Positions 1 to 10,290 of a DNA stretch of 64,000 nucleotides are shown here, one piece after another. A program made the position numbers and the translations under genes. Source of the DNA: Nitrososphaerales archaeon (GTDB lineage Archaea; Thermoproteota; Nitrososphaeria; Nitrososphaerales; UBA213); the NCBI GenBank assembly GCA_965197925.1, contig CBDAOC010000020.1:96001-160000 (forward strand). Reading direction: 5' to 3'. Under the pieces are notes generated by a model, which was given only the letters and a program-made list of their open reading frames with translations, did no database searches and had not been told where the DNA came from. Each line of letters opens with the position of its first letter. Position 1 is the first letter of the stretch.

Positions 1-483
1 CCCCTAAGGCTTGAAGGCAAGCTTTTTCTTCTTGATTTTGTTAGAGAGGTTTTCGAACAAGCTTCTATAGTGTACAATTCCGAAAAGTCTGGAGCTCTTG
101 AAATAGGTGGAGGTGTACCCAAAAACACAGTCCAACAGACTGGGCCTGCACTTGATCAGATCCTACAGGTCAATCATGGAGGTTTAAATTATATCATCCA
201 GTTGACTGATGCCAGACCTGATACCGGTGGATTATCAGGTGCTACATTACAAGAAGGAAAGAGCTGGGGTAAGGTGAAAACCTCTCATACAAATCTTGTA
301 ACTGTATATGGTGATGCGTCCATTTCATTCCCTCTGCTATGTGCATATGCAATTTCGAAACACGAACGCAGGCACCCGAAACGACTGTATACTAAATTAG
401 CTGATTACGCTGACAAGTTAAAAACAGTTTATGAAAGGGGGAAGAAACCAGAGAGTAAGATAAAAGGTTCAATAGGCAAATAA
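1..483 (+). CDS. Deoxyhypusine synthase family protein, C-terminal part (5' end lies outside the window)
   Basis: Motifs GGGVPKN, QLTDARPDTGGLSGATLQEGKSWGK and VYGDASISFP are typical of the DHS/homospermidine-synthase-like family. The frame is open from base 1. Confidence 0.9.
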   Translation, partial: PLRLEGKLFLLDFVREVFEQASIVYNSEKSGALEIGGGVPKNTVQQTGPALDQILQVNHGGLNYIIQLTDARPDTGGLSGATLQEGKSWGKVKTSHTNLVTVYGDASISFPLLCAYAISKHERRHPKRLYTKLADYADKLKTVYERGKKPESKIKGSIGK

Positions 484-991
484 TCCCTTGCGTATAAGAA
501 ATTCTTGAACTATTATTGTCATTATTCTTCCTAGTGACCAGAAGTGATAAAATCACATTTATACCATTGTTGAGTGATCGCGCTTCCAGAGGGATGTTCT
601 TACAATACTGGTAGACAATAGTTTTCAAAATAGTTATATCGATTGTGTCAACCAAGTTCCTAATTTTCTTCTATTTTCTTGTCCACGTATCCACTCACAA
701 TGGTAGTAACATCTCTAGAGATCACACCCAAGCCGTCAGTAATTCACTTCGTGAGCGGTTGCTTCCAGAAGGGATTGTACTTCCTAAATGTATTCGCCAT
801 ACAGAAAAAATATTTTCTATTCCTGTAGGAGAGAAATGAACTTAATTATCAATAATTTTTCCTAACATTAGAATGATATTCTAAGAATAATATTTACAAG
901 AGCAATCTAGTACTAAATATTATGTCATCAAATAAGGTTTGAAAACTAGAAATAAGTCTACATTTTATCTTTAGAGCAAGGGGAAGAGTGC

Positions 992-1858
992 ATGAGTTAT
1001 ACTAATTTGTTTCTAGCAGCACCTACAGTTTCGCAGAAAGGGATCAATGAAGAGTCCGATGTATACATATTTGGTATACCTTTTGATGCAACGTGTTCAT
1101 TTAGACCGGGGACCAGATTTGGACCAGATGCCATTAGACAAGCATTTGTCAACATTGAGATAAACTCTACACGCTATAATCTTAAATTGGAAGATTTGAC
1201 CATTGAAGATCTTGGAAATGTGAAGTTTAGTGTTAATACATCCACCATGCTCGATATGGTGGGTAAAGTTATGGGTGAAGTTATTGCGAAGAACAAGCAA
1301 ACTGTGATTTTGGGTGGCGAACACCTACTTACATATGGAACATTCATGAGCTTGCCGCATGATGTGGGTCTAGTGGTATTCGATGCGCATTACGATCTTA
1401 GAGATGAACTTACTGACACAAAGTTAAGTCACGGTACATTTTTGCGTAGAGTAATAGAGGAGAGAGGGAATTCTAATATTGTCCATGTTGGTGCAAGAGG
1501 ATTTAACACTGAAGAAGTGGATTTCAGAAATAAAATGAATTTAAAATCGATTTCTGGAAAGGAGTTGGTGAGTGGAACTGGTTTGAAGATGTTCAGAGAT
1601 TCTCTTTCGAGCTTTGATAACGTGTATGTAAGTATAGATCTTGATGTTGTAGATCCAGCATTTGCTCCTGGCGTAGGTACGCCAGAAGCATTGGGAATAA
1701 CACCACAGCAGTTAATGGATCTTATTTATGCTATGGAAGACAAAAAAATAAAATATTTTGATATTGTAGAATTGTCACCTCCATACGACAATGGTGCAAC
1801 TGCGACATTAGCAGCAAAGCTAATGGCAGAGACAATTATCATGAATTCTCGACATTAG
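992..1858 (+). CDS. speB: Agmatinase (ureohydrolase family)
   Basis: GIPFD..GTRFGP, GGEH, DAHYD and SIDLDVVDPAFAPGVGTP ureohydrolase motifs. Confidence 0.92.
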   Translation: MSYTNLFLAAPTVSQKGINEESDVYIFGIPFDATCSFRPGTRFGPDAIRQAFVNIEINSTRYNLKLEDLTIEDLGNVKFSVNTSTMLDMVGKVMGEVIAKNKQTVILGGEHLLTYGTFMSLPHDVGLVVFDAHYDLRDELTDTKLSHGTFLRRVIEERGNSNIVHVGARGFNTEEVDFRNKMNLKSISGKELVSGTGLKMFRDSLSSFDNVYVSIDLDVVDPAFAPGVGTPEALGITPQQLMDLIYAMEDKKIKYFDIVELSPPYDNGATATLAAKLMAETIIMNSRH

Positions 1859-1881
1859 ACGATTTCTCGACATTAGACGAT
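1846..1881. repeat. Perfect 18-bp tandem duplication spanning the speB stop codon
   Basis: TTCTCGACATTAGACGAT occurs twice in tandem. Confidence 0.9.
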
Positions 1882-2610
1882 TATACGGTATAAAGTAACA
1901 CTTGCCTTGAATATAAATTTCAGCGGTAAGAAGTACAGAATAGTATTATAAAAAAATAAGAGTACGGTGAAAGTAATTATTTTAATTTCTGATATACATT
2001 CTGATATACACATTAATTGACCTTCGTCTATCTAACGGTATCTAGGGATATTTCATCCTAAAAAAGTCAAGATGAGTTATTTCTTGATTTGAATTCGATT
2101 CTCAGAAGGGGTAAGAAAAACTATTGATAATATTTGGACTAGGTAGGATAATTGCAGGTCTAGAAGTAACGAAGGCAATACATTTGTAATATGATGCCAA
2201 AAGGATGTGAGTCTAGATTGATACCTGCTCAAATAACTGATACCCAAACTACTATTGAAACACAAGCAATTGAACTGAGTTTTAGGAGCATTAAATCAAT
2301 TTGTGTTGTAGGGAAATCATATTTGAGAAAATAATATTTCTCTCCCAAATGACTTCGCAAATAGAGAAGAAAATCTAATTGCTACATGGATATTTACTTT
2401 ATCATTATGCCAAAAATGATTGTAAAATTCTCATCTTATATGATAACCTTCAAAGGGCTTTACTTTATGCTGAAATGATTGAGTCAGAAACAAGATAGAA
2501 CTAAACAGGCTCCATTTTTTGAAAAAAGAATATGTGGATATAACTTCGTGTATGTATTATACCCATACGCGCTCAACCAAATTAGATCGCCTAATACTAA
2601 TTAGAAAAGA

Positions 2611-3243
2611 ATGATATCTTTCAATAATTATGTAAGAGCAACAATAGCGGTTGCAATTGTGAGCTTATTAATCATGCCAAACGTTCTACTGGATAGTAAA
2701 GCTCAACCAATTACGAAGTACCTTGAGGTGGAAATAAGAGAGAATGACTATAACTCATTGGAAAAGAAGATTATACTTCGTAATAACATGCTTCAGCCAA
2801 TTAAGCAGATAAGACTATCGTTGTCTCCAGAGCTCGCAGGTGGTAATTACCTGTTGAGTGAATATGCCTTTAAACAGATCGAAGATTTTGAAATTATAAC
2901 AATAAAGAAGAATGAGGGATTCAATGGAGAACCTCTGACAGGCTATATGATACTTTCTGCTGCCAATACTGAAGAACCTGCTAAATTGATAGTAAATGAA
3001 GGAGATGATGACTTTACAATTGAACTTCCTATACAAAAGCCTCTGTATACATATAAGGAATTAAGGTTGATCTATATGAGCTGTTTTGATGAGTTGAAAT
3101 CCAAGATGAACAACGCAATACAAATAAATGAAGTCGATGAAATGCAAGCAGATTACTTCAACAAGAATCCATTTGGAAACAAGATTCGTGAATTCTTATT
3201 TGATCAGATTGTAAGTTGTAGTTCATTGAAACAGACTATGTAA
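2611..3243 (+). CDS. Hypothetical secreted protein
   Basis: 210-aa ORF with an N-terminal hydrophobic signal-like segment and no family motif that I recognise. Confidence 0.6.
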   Translation: MISFNNYVRATIAVAIVSLLIMPNVLLDSKAQPITKYLEVEIRENDYNSLEKKIILRNNMLQPIKQIRLSLSPELAGGNYLLSEYAFKQIEDFEIITIKKNEGFNGEPLTGYMILSAANTEEPAKLIVNEGDDDFTIELPIQKPLYTYKELRLIYMSCFDELKSKMNNAIQINEVDEMQADYFNKNPFGNKIREFLFDQIVSCSSLKQTM

Positions 3244-3435
3244 TGTTGTATGTGGTTGGTTCAATGATGAAGAAGGCTAAATGAACCGATAAATTGATTT
3301 GAAATAACATGTAAGGATTTTATGTATTGAGGGTGGACAACGAAATATGAGATTGACAATGACCAGGTTTTCATGAATCTCCACATTTTATCAGTTCAAT
3401 ATGATATGAAAATACTGTATTGAGTTACTTTTGTG

Positions 3436-3448
3436 CAAAGATTTAATA
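3436..3448 (+). promoter_or_regulatory. BRE/TATA-like promoter of the tRNA-iMet gene
   Basis: CAAAGATTTAATA ends about 29 bp upstream of tRNA position 1 (3477). Confidence 0.65.
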
Positions 3449-3476
3449 GCTATCTAACCTGCTCATCTAAACTTGT

Positions 3477-3669
3477 AGCGGGGACTCCGTAGCGAGGTTA
3501 ACTACCCTACAAGGGTGGGGAAGCCAGGTCAACCCAAATGGGGCCGAATCCCGGCGGGCTCATAATCAACTTAATGAGAGACCCGCAGAGCGGTGATCGA
3601 ATTTGGTTCGCAGATTCGACCGCAAGTTCAAGATGGGAGAAATCTCTCAGGAAAGTCCACCCCCCGCTA
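3477..3669 (+). tRNA. Initiator tRNA-Met(CAT) with five introns. Exons: 3477-3480, 3513-3531, 3549-3564, 3581-3595, 3626-3632, 3656-3669
   Basis: The joined exons give AGCGGGGTGGGGAAGCCAGGTCATCCCGGCGGGCTCATAACCCGCAGAGCGGTGGTTCAAGTCCACCCCCCGCTA (75 nt). This has an A1-U72 acceptor stem AGCGGGG/CCCCGCT, D-stem GGGA/TCCC, anticodon stem GCGGG/CCCGC with loop CTCATAA, and T-stem GGTGG/CCACC with loop TTCAAGT. Each junction is BHB-like. Confidence 0.93.
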
Positions 3670-3842
3670 CTGCTTTCCAAACGAATAGAATCTATCCATT
3701 TTTCTAAAGTAATGGAATTGCTTTTTCCATCAATGGTTTAATATTACCAAAGGAACCATAATAATCAAACGCGTTAATTCCTGAACTCCCTCACAATTAA
3801 CCTCTCCTGATTTTCAAAAAACGTATGGATGCGACTAAATCT

Positions 3843-5207
3843 TTAGGAAAGTTTCACTACAACATCCATTTGAATTGAATTATATGATCCGAATCTACAA
3901 TACCAATTTGGCTTTAAAACCCATTCCCATCCATATTTTTCTATTCCATATCTCTGTATTGGTTTTGTCAGATGCCTTTGTGCTTTAGGCAATGGAATGT
4001 ACAATCCTTCTTTGACATCCCTTGATATTTCTGTGCTTATTTTTTGTATTGTGCGTTCCCTTACACCACAACTTTCACATTTGTATCCCTTATTAAACCC
4101 GGCAGATTTGAGTCTCTTACCACATCTTTTGCATTGTGGATTTATGTAACTTAGCTTGTGGGCAAGTTGCAGAATTTTGATATATTCTAGATTAATCACT
4201 TTTGGATGCTTCATAGTAGCTTTTCGTACTCCACCACCAATTTCAATTAAATCACTAATGCTCAACCTTTGTGACAATTGACTTAATCCAGTAGGCTCAT
4301 AAACCGCACAAAAGGCTATACCGTTTTGTGTTTTCAGGTTAAAGAATGTGTGTCCCCCCTTGATCGTGTAAGGAAGATTTTCAACCGTCCCTTTCATAAA
4401 ACCAGATGTATGTGGTTTCAGCCTAGACAGATCAAGTTCATGTGTTAAATGCATGTTTGTACCTTGATTAGTTCTAAAGATAATATAACCTTCAAGCTCT
4501 TCTTGTATATCGAGCATAAGAAATGCCCGTAACAAAATGTTATCTGCTTCTCCTCTAATCCCGCAAAATATTGGGTCGGGTCCTCTAGGCGTGATCAGAA
4601 CTCGTTCGTTCTTGTAATCATAATTGTTGTATGTATTTGGGTAGGTTCGTTCGTTCATTGAAATGATTTGCATTTTTGATATCTCTCTAGGCTTTCCATG
4701 GTTTGCATATTTCCTATACGCTATTATCTCGAATGTATAATCATGGAGTTCAGCTCCTATAGCAGATAATGCACCTACAATACCTCGACCATTTCCGAGT
4801 TCGTATGTATAGATTCCATGAGTTTGCGCAACCTTCCTTGCGAACTTTCTACTTATGACATCGTGATATGCCTTCTTCGTCAATTCCTTTACATCAATCG
4901 GAATAGTTTTACCAGAATAAAATACAACGCAAGGGTTGGCGCCAGTGAATGTATGAGAATTTTTTTCTACTAAGTTTTTTACACCTTTCACTACTATATT
5001 CTCATTATTTACCTCTACGTGCAAGGCAATTGCACCATTACCTCTGGTTTTCCATGGAATGTTAGGGTTAAGCCTAACCAGTAATGGATAATCTAGAAAC
5101 TTCGCATTTAGCTTCAGTAAAAAATCAACTATCTTGTAAGCTAAATAAGTAGTACACATACCTTGTCGAGAGTCAGTATCATCCAGACCAATATGCAATA
5201 ATGGCAT
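3843..5207 (-). CDS. tiaS: tRNA(Ile2) 2-agmatinylcytidine synthetase
   Basis: IGLDDTDS..GMCTT, LVRLNPNIPWKTRGNGA, TNQGT, an OB-fold region and a C-terminal zinc ribbon. Confidence 0.95.
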   Translation of the reverse strand: MPLLHIGLDDTDSRQGMCTTYLAYKIVDFLLKLNAKFLDYPLLVRLNPNIPWKTRGNGAIALHVEVNNENIVVKGVKNLVEKNSHTFTGANPCVVFYSGKTIPIDVKELTKKAYHDVISRKFARKVAQTHGIYTYELGNGRGIVGALSAIGAELHDYTFEIIAYRKYANHGKPREISKMQIISMNERTYPNTYNNYDYKNERVLITPRGPDPIFCGIRGEADNILLRAFLMLDIQEELEGYIIFRTNQGTNMHLTHELDLSRLKPHTSGFMKGTVENLPYTIKGGHTFFNLKTQNGIAFCAVYEPTGLSQLSQRLSISDLIEIGGGVRKATMKHPKVINLEYIKILQLAHKLSYINPQCKRCGKRLKSAGFNKGYKCESCGVRERTIQKISTEISRDVKEGLYIPLPKAQRHLTKPIQRYGIEKYGWEWVLKPNWYCRFGSYNSIQMDVVVKLS

Positions 5208-5211
5208 TAAT

Positions 5212-5445
5212 CTATCCTTCTACAACTATCATAGTTAACGTAGATCTTACTTGCTCAAGTCTTCTTATCTTCCAAGTTATAGTTTCCTTTACCTTTTCCA
5301 TAGTATCACCCTCTATTTTTGCTACAATATCGTAAACCCCATAGACGACGAACACTTCAGTTACATCTTCAATGTTTTTTAATTCTTTTATGAGTGATTC
5401 TTCGGCCCCTAGTTCAGCATTGATAAGTACAAATGCTTTTGGCAT
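5212..5445 (-). CDS. Stand-alone Lrp/AsnC ligand-binding (RAM) domain protein
   Basis: AFVLIN...VYGVYDIVAKIE...STLTMIV. Confidence 0.9.
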   Translation of the reverse strand: MPKAFVLINAELGAEESLIKELKNIEDVTEVFVVYGVYDIVAKIEGDTMEKVKETITWKIRRLEQVRSTLTMIVVEG

Positions 5446-6155
5446 GCAACCTTTACCAACGTCAGAGTATTAAATATTATGTAATATTGAGTTATTTTTA
5501 GCTAATCGATTTGTATTGCTATCTTTTCGTTTGGAAGAACTCAATCGAAATTCAGAGCAGCAGATATAAAACATTAGGCTTGAGTATCTAAAGTTTTGAA
5601 AGTTTTTTAACTTTTTTTAAGAACTTTGGTAAGCTCCCTAATGTAGCAAATTGATGCTATTAGCATAATATTCCAAGGTCTTAATGACTTTTGTTTCATT
5701 AATCACCTGGTTACCAGCTCCAGTTTGATCCCGAACAATGACCAAGAAATCCAAAATTGGTCACTACTGTTTGCGCTCAAAGTGTAGTGAAGTTGACTGA
5801 GGAGATTTTTTGGTTGTTTCCTATGATGGTAATCATTATCGAGGTGATTTATGGATCTCACTCGAAGCTCGTCATCATTATAACTTTTCAGTATAGAAAC
5901 TCAAATCTGAGTAAATTTCATATGTACTTGAGTTCGTTCAATTTCTTGCTTCACTCTATCGGAGTAATCAATATCACGAATATACAATAATTGTAGCGGA
6001 TTTGGTAGGTGCTGTGTTCTTGTGAGAAAGTTTTTGAATAATACAAGGTAGATTTATCAGGCAGTTTATGGAAGTTTCATACGAATGAACCAAGGCACTC
6101 GGAAGGGTGGATACAATGATGATATTAAATTAGATAGGAAAGGTTCCAAGAACAG

Positions 6156-6959
6156 GTGGTAGCTGGAGAAAAAGGGTATTATGATACGGTTGAAAAGATC
6201 TTCCTTCCTGAAAAAATGTTTAGAGCCCTGATAGCAGAGCTACGTCCTGATCTCAATTCGATTCCAATCATGGAAAACATTCTCATAGAAATGAGTCGAG
6301 CCACGGTTGAACAAAACTTGCGGCGAGTTGGATCTTTGGAAAAAAATTCTTATGCGCAGATTAATCTAATGCACCTCTCTCACAATTATTTGACAGAGCG
6401 CAAGAATATCAAAGAACTAATGGCAATTTTATATATAGACCTAGTAGGTTCTACGGCAATATCGGCGACCTTGCAGCCTGCTGAGTTGGCTACTCTAGTA
6501 AGAGTATTTTGTCAGGAGATGTCAGTAATGAAATCAAAACATAAAGGATATATGTTGAAATATGCAGGAGATGCTGTTATTGGTTATTTTCCCAAAGCAC
6601 CTGATCTGTTGAGTGCATGCGAAAATGCTGTGAAATGTGCTCGCCTCATGAGATTAGTGATCAACGATTCAATAAATTCTATACTTTTCCAAATGAAGTA
6701 TCCGAAATTAAGACCTAGAATAGCTGTTGATGCGGGTGAAAATCAAATTGTTGTTCTTGGATATGAGCCTGATCTTCTAGGGCACGTGATCAGTGGAGCC
6801 GCAAAGATAATGGGAAAGGCCAAGCCGAATCAGATTGTGATAGGAGACAATGTTTTTAGCAACCTTAATGGGGATCTCAAAAATAAATTCTGCCATGGAG
6901 ATACATACATCCTGTTAGAGGCTGAAGAAGATTATCAAGTTTATCTTTCCATTGATTAA
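6156..6959 (+). CDS. Class III adenylate/guanylate cyclase domain protein
   Basis: LYIDLVGST, KYAGDAVIGYF, RIAVDAG and DLLG..I..AAKI motifs. Confidence 0.85.
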   Translation: MVAGEKGYYDTVEKIFLPEKMFRALIAELRPDLNSIPIMENILIEMSRATVEQNLRRVGSLEKNSYAQINLMHLSHNYLTERKNIKELMAILYIDLVGSTAISATLQPAELATLVRVFCQEMSVMKSKHKGYMLKYAGDAVIGYFPKAPDLLSACENAVKCARLMRLVINDSINSILFQMKYPKLRPRIAVDAGENQIVVLGYEPDLLGHVISGAAKIMGKAKPNQIVIGDNVFSNLNGDLKNKFCHGDTYILLEAEEDYQVYLSID

Positions 6960-7040
6960 TTAGCAAACGTGTAGAATATACCATAAAAATATATGAAAAA
7001 GTAAAGAACGCATAAATACTAAAATCAGATACTAAATCTT

Positions 7041-8456
7041 GTGGTTGATCATTCTAAAGTAGAATCGGGATTGGAAGATCTACATGAATTCATAGAAATT
7101 GGTAATCGTTCGTTGCTGCTTAAAGGTAGATCCGGTACTGGAAAGCTAACACTCGCTTTTGAACTTGCAAAAAATCATAAAGATAAATTTGATGTAATCT
7201 TTATATCGCGAGGAGCGACCGAGCAAACTCTCTACAGAAGGTTTCCGTGGATCAAAAATATTGTTAAACAGAAGAACATCATATCCGTCTCCAGCAGGGA
7301 CATCATGCTGGATGATCCATCCTTTATCATAACCAATGTAATAAATTCTCTAGCGAATCTCACTCCTACTGTGCAGGATCCTTTTATATCTCTAGAAGAA
7401 AACGTTCGCCCTTTTGTTATACTTGATATCTAGGATACGATAACGAAGGAAGTAGATGTTCCAACAAGAATAAGAGCTGAAAAGCTCTTGACTTCTATGA
7501 CAGAAAAGCATGTTGGCTTTCTCGTGTTTCTTACTGAAGAAACTGAAAATCCTACAATAGAGTATCTCGTAGATGGTGTTATCTATCTCACCCAAAATTT
7601 CTATAAATCTTATCGCTTAAGGGAGATTCATCTGGAAAAACTTAGAGGAGTTTCAATAACTAGGTCTAAAGTCCCATTTACTTTGGATAGCGGCAGGTTT
7701 AGAGCCTTTTCCAGGATTTCACACCATCTTCCAAGACCCCCCAAGAATTTTGTTGCTATCTCTCACAGTGAGAATTTTTATTCTACAGGTAATACCGACC
7801 TTGATGAAAGGTTGAATGGTGGATTCAAGAGGGGGAGTGTAATTTCATTAGAGATGGAAGAGGAGGTAGATAGATGGGTATTCGTACCAGTTTTGCTTCC
7901 TCTACTTCTAAACTTTATCGCCCAGGGGAATCCGGCTATGGTAGTATCCGCAGCCGATCAAGACGTATAATCTGTGATGAGACATGTTGTTCCTCACGTT
8001 GATAAGGAGTCAATAGATAAATTCTTTAGGATATTTGGAAGTGATGTTGTGGAATCCTCCTGTGTAGTATCGCTACCAGGCAAGAACTTTACAGAAGATT
8101 ATGATACATGGGTTGAAGCTTATAGCAGGATCAGAGAAGAATCCAAGGGCTGTGTTATGAGCATAGATTATAGCTTTCTAGAGTTGAAGTATCAAGGTGA
8201 TATACAATCTATACTCAGAAGTATTGTGGATATGTCCCGTATTATGAGAGCTTCACATGACCTACTTGTCATAGTATCACGGCCTAATTTTAAAACATTG
8301 GAGGTAATGAAGAGTGTGAGCGATGTGCACTTGAAAATATTTGAACATAATGGGGCAACGATGCTTGCGGCGATCAAACCGCAACTATTCTTGAGTAATA
8401 TACAAACGGATAGTAACCTGGGATTCCCAAGGGCGATGCTTCTGGATAGTAGATGA
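7041..8456 (+). pseudogene. GvpD/KaiC(RAD55)-like double P-loop ATPase with two in-frame stops
   Basis: ORFs 7041, 7488 and 7974 share one frame and are broken by TAG (7431-7433) and TAA (7968-7970). Motifs: G-x-x-GTGK, EYLVDGVI, LEKLRG, STGNTDLDERLNGGF. Confidence 0.85.
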
Positions 8457-9152
8457 AAGTTTGGTATTGATTGTGCTATCCACAGACCTGATCACTGAGA
8501 ATTGTTGGTGTAAAACCAATCTTATTCTACTTGTATAAATAGGATTAGTGATAAAAATTTCGATCTTCAAAAACTTCATTACCTTCTGAGCAAATTGCAT
8601 TATCTTGAAATTCGAATATAATCCTAGAGTATTCGTGATTCTTTGAGGTTTGAGGCCATAGTTATACATTTTTTGTATCCCGCATATAATGGAAAATCTT
8701 ACCCTTGGGGATCCAGAATGTTCTGGCCGTCATGATCTTTGGTAAATACGTTCCTATCTTCGGAACCTACCAATAATTCAACTTCTCATTTAGTGTTAAT
8801 TCGTTTTATAGATCTTAGGAATTGTCAACTTTCCTTTGAGTAGAAAAATTTCTTTACACCTTATTATTAGTATGAATTAATTCCCAATGATAGAGATCTT
8901 TACCATTTTTCTCTAGTTACGAAAAATAACATTATGCACAAAGATATCAAGATGAAAAAATAGTTAAGGAAGTTATTACTGTCGTTAAGCTTATCACGAC
9001 ATTTTTTTCAATATGCTAACCATCGCTAGATTAGAATATTTTAAGATTGATTAAATATTACCCTAGTGCTAACATTAGTTAATACTCCATTGATCGGAAT
9101 ACAAGTTATCGCAATTCATAACTCCTTCGCTCCATTTTTTTGAATATACTAA

Positions 9153-10207
9153 GAGCTTATCCGAAAATTAACATCATAGCCTAATTGTTTATACCGAAAC
9201 AGATCTAGATCTGTTCTCTCTAGCTAAATTTGTGAGAAAATCAAAGAAAAAGAGCATGCCGACGATATGGCATATACCAGACGATCTATGGGTAGAGTTC
9301 AAACTAGTGTTGCTACCAGAGAAACCAGCAAGAACAGTTGGAAGGCCAGCTGTGCCATTTAGAAAAGTATTGAATGGAATACTGTACGTATTAAGAACTG
9401 GATGCCAGTGGAAGAAAGTATCTAAAGAATTTGGTTCTGGCTCAACTTGCCACGCAAGATTTCAGGAATGGGTTGGGATAGGAGTATTCAAGAAGGTATG
9501 GAAGAGGCTGCTGGAAATATATGATGAATTAAAGAGCATGGGATGGGACTGGCAATCCATGGATAGCGTACCGAAGGCCCCATTAGGGGGAAAACGGCCG
9601 AGCAAACCCAACGGATAGAGGCAAGCTAGGTACCAAACGTCACATGCTGGTTGATAGAAGAGGTATTCCTCTCTCATCTGTAATTACTGGAGCAAATAAA
9701 CACGATATGAAATCAGCCTTTCCTACAATAGATAGCATTGTTGTTGATAGGCCCAAAGTTAAACAGAACATATGTATGAATAGGATATGATTTCCCTGAG
9801 ATAGAGTATAGAGTATGAAATATGGAGTTAGGAAGGGGATACGTGGATCACATTCGTCATAAGGGTGAAGTGTTGAAAAAGAATTTGTACAAAGCAAAGA
9901 GATGGGTTGTAGAAAGAACCGCATCTTGGCATAACAGGTTCAGAAAGTTATTGGTAAGGTTCGAGAAGAGAGAGGAAAATTATCAGGCGCTAGTAGAATT
10001 TGCTAACTGCCTAATAGTGTATAGAGCGATATATTGGTAGTGTCATAAACACGTTAATGCAACTGTTTCTAGTATCTATTATCTACAATACTAATAAAAT
10101 CAATAGTAAGAAAACTAAACCTGACAGTTTGAACTAATATTCTTGCATTCTAAATGTTATCATTTCTACCAATCATTAACTATCAGCTAGAATTTTAGGA
10201 TAGGCTC
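9153..10207 (+). mobile_element. IS5-family element (IS1031-like), copy A, with a frameshifted transposase
   Basis: Terminal IRs GAGCTTATCCGAAAATT / AATTTTAGGATAGGCTC and a TAA target duplication. Transposase pieces ILYVLRTGCQW and RWVVERT..W..RFRKL. Confidence 0.92.
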
Positions 10208-10290
10208 TAAGTGATACTCCAAAAAATATGTTCCCTTGGGAAATAGGTCGAGGATAACGCTTAATTATTGAAACAAAGAAAAAAAACATT

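Noticed and set aside
2540..2562. loxP-like sequence ATAACTTCGTGTATGTATTATAC
   Set aside because: Only one partial arm matches and there is no inverted second arm. Most likely chance in AT-rich DNA.
3477..3669. tRNA-Ile2(CAU), suggested by the adjacent tiaS
   Set aside because: A1-U72 and three consecutive G-C pairs in the anticodon stem identify initiator Met.
3538..3741. 67-aa ORF from the ORF track
   Set aside because: It overlaps the intron-containing tRNA-iMet and is a chance ORF.
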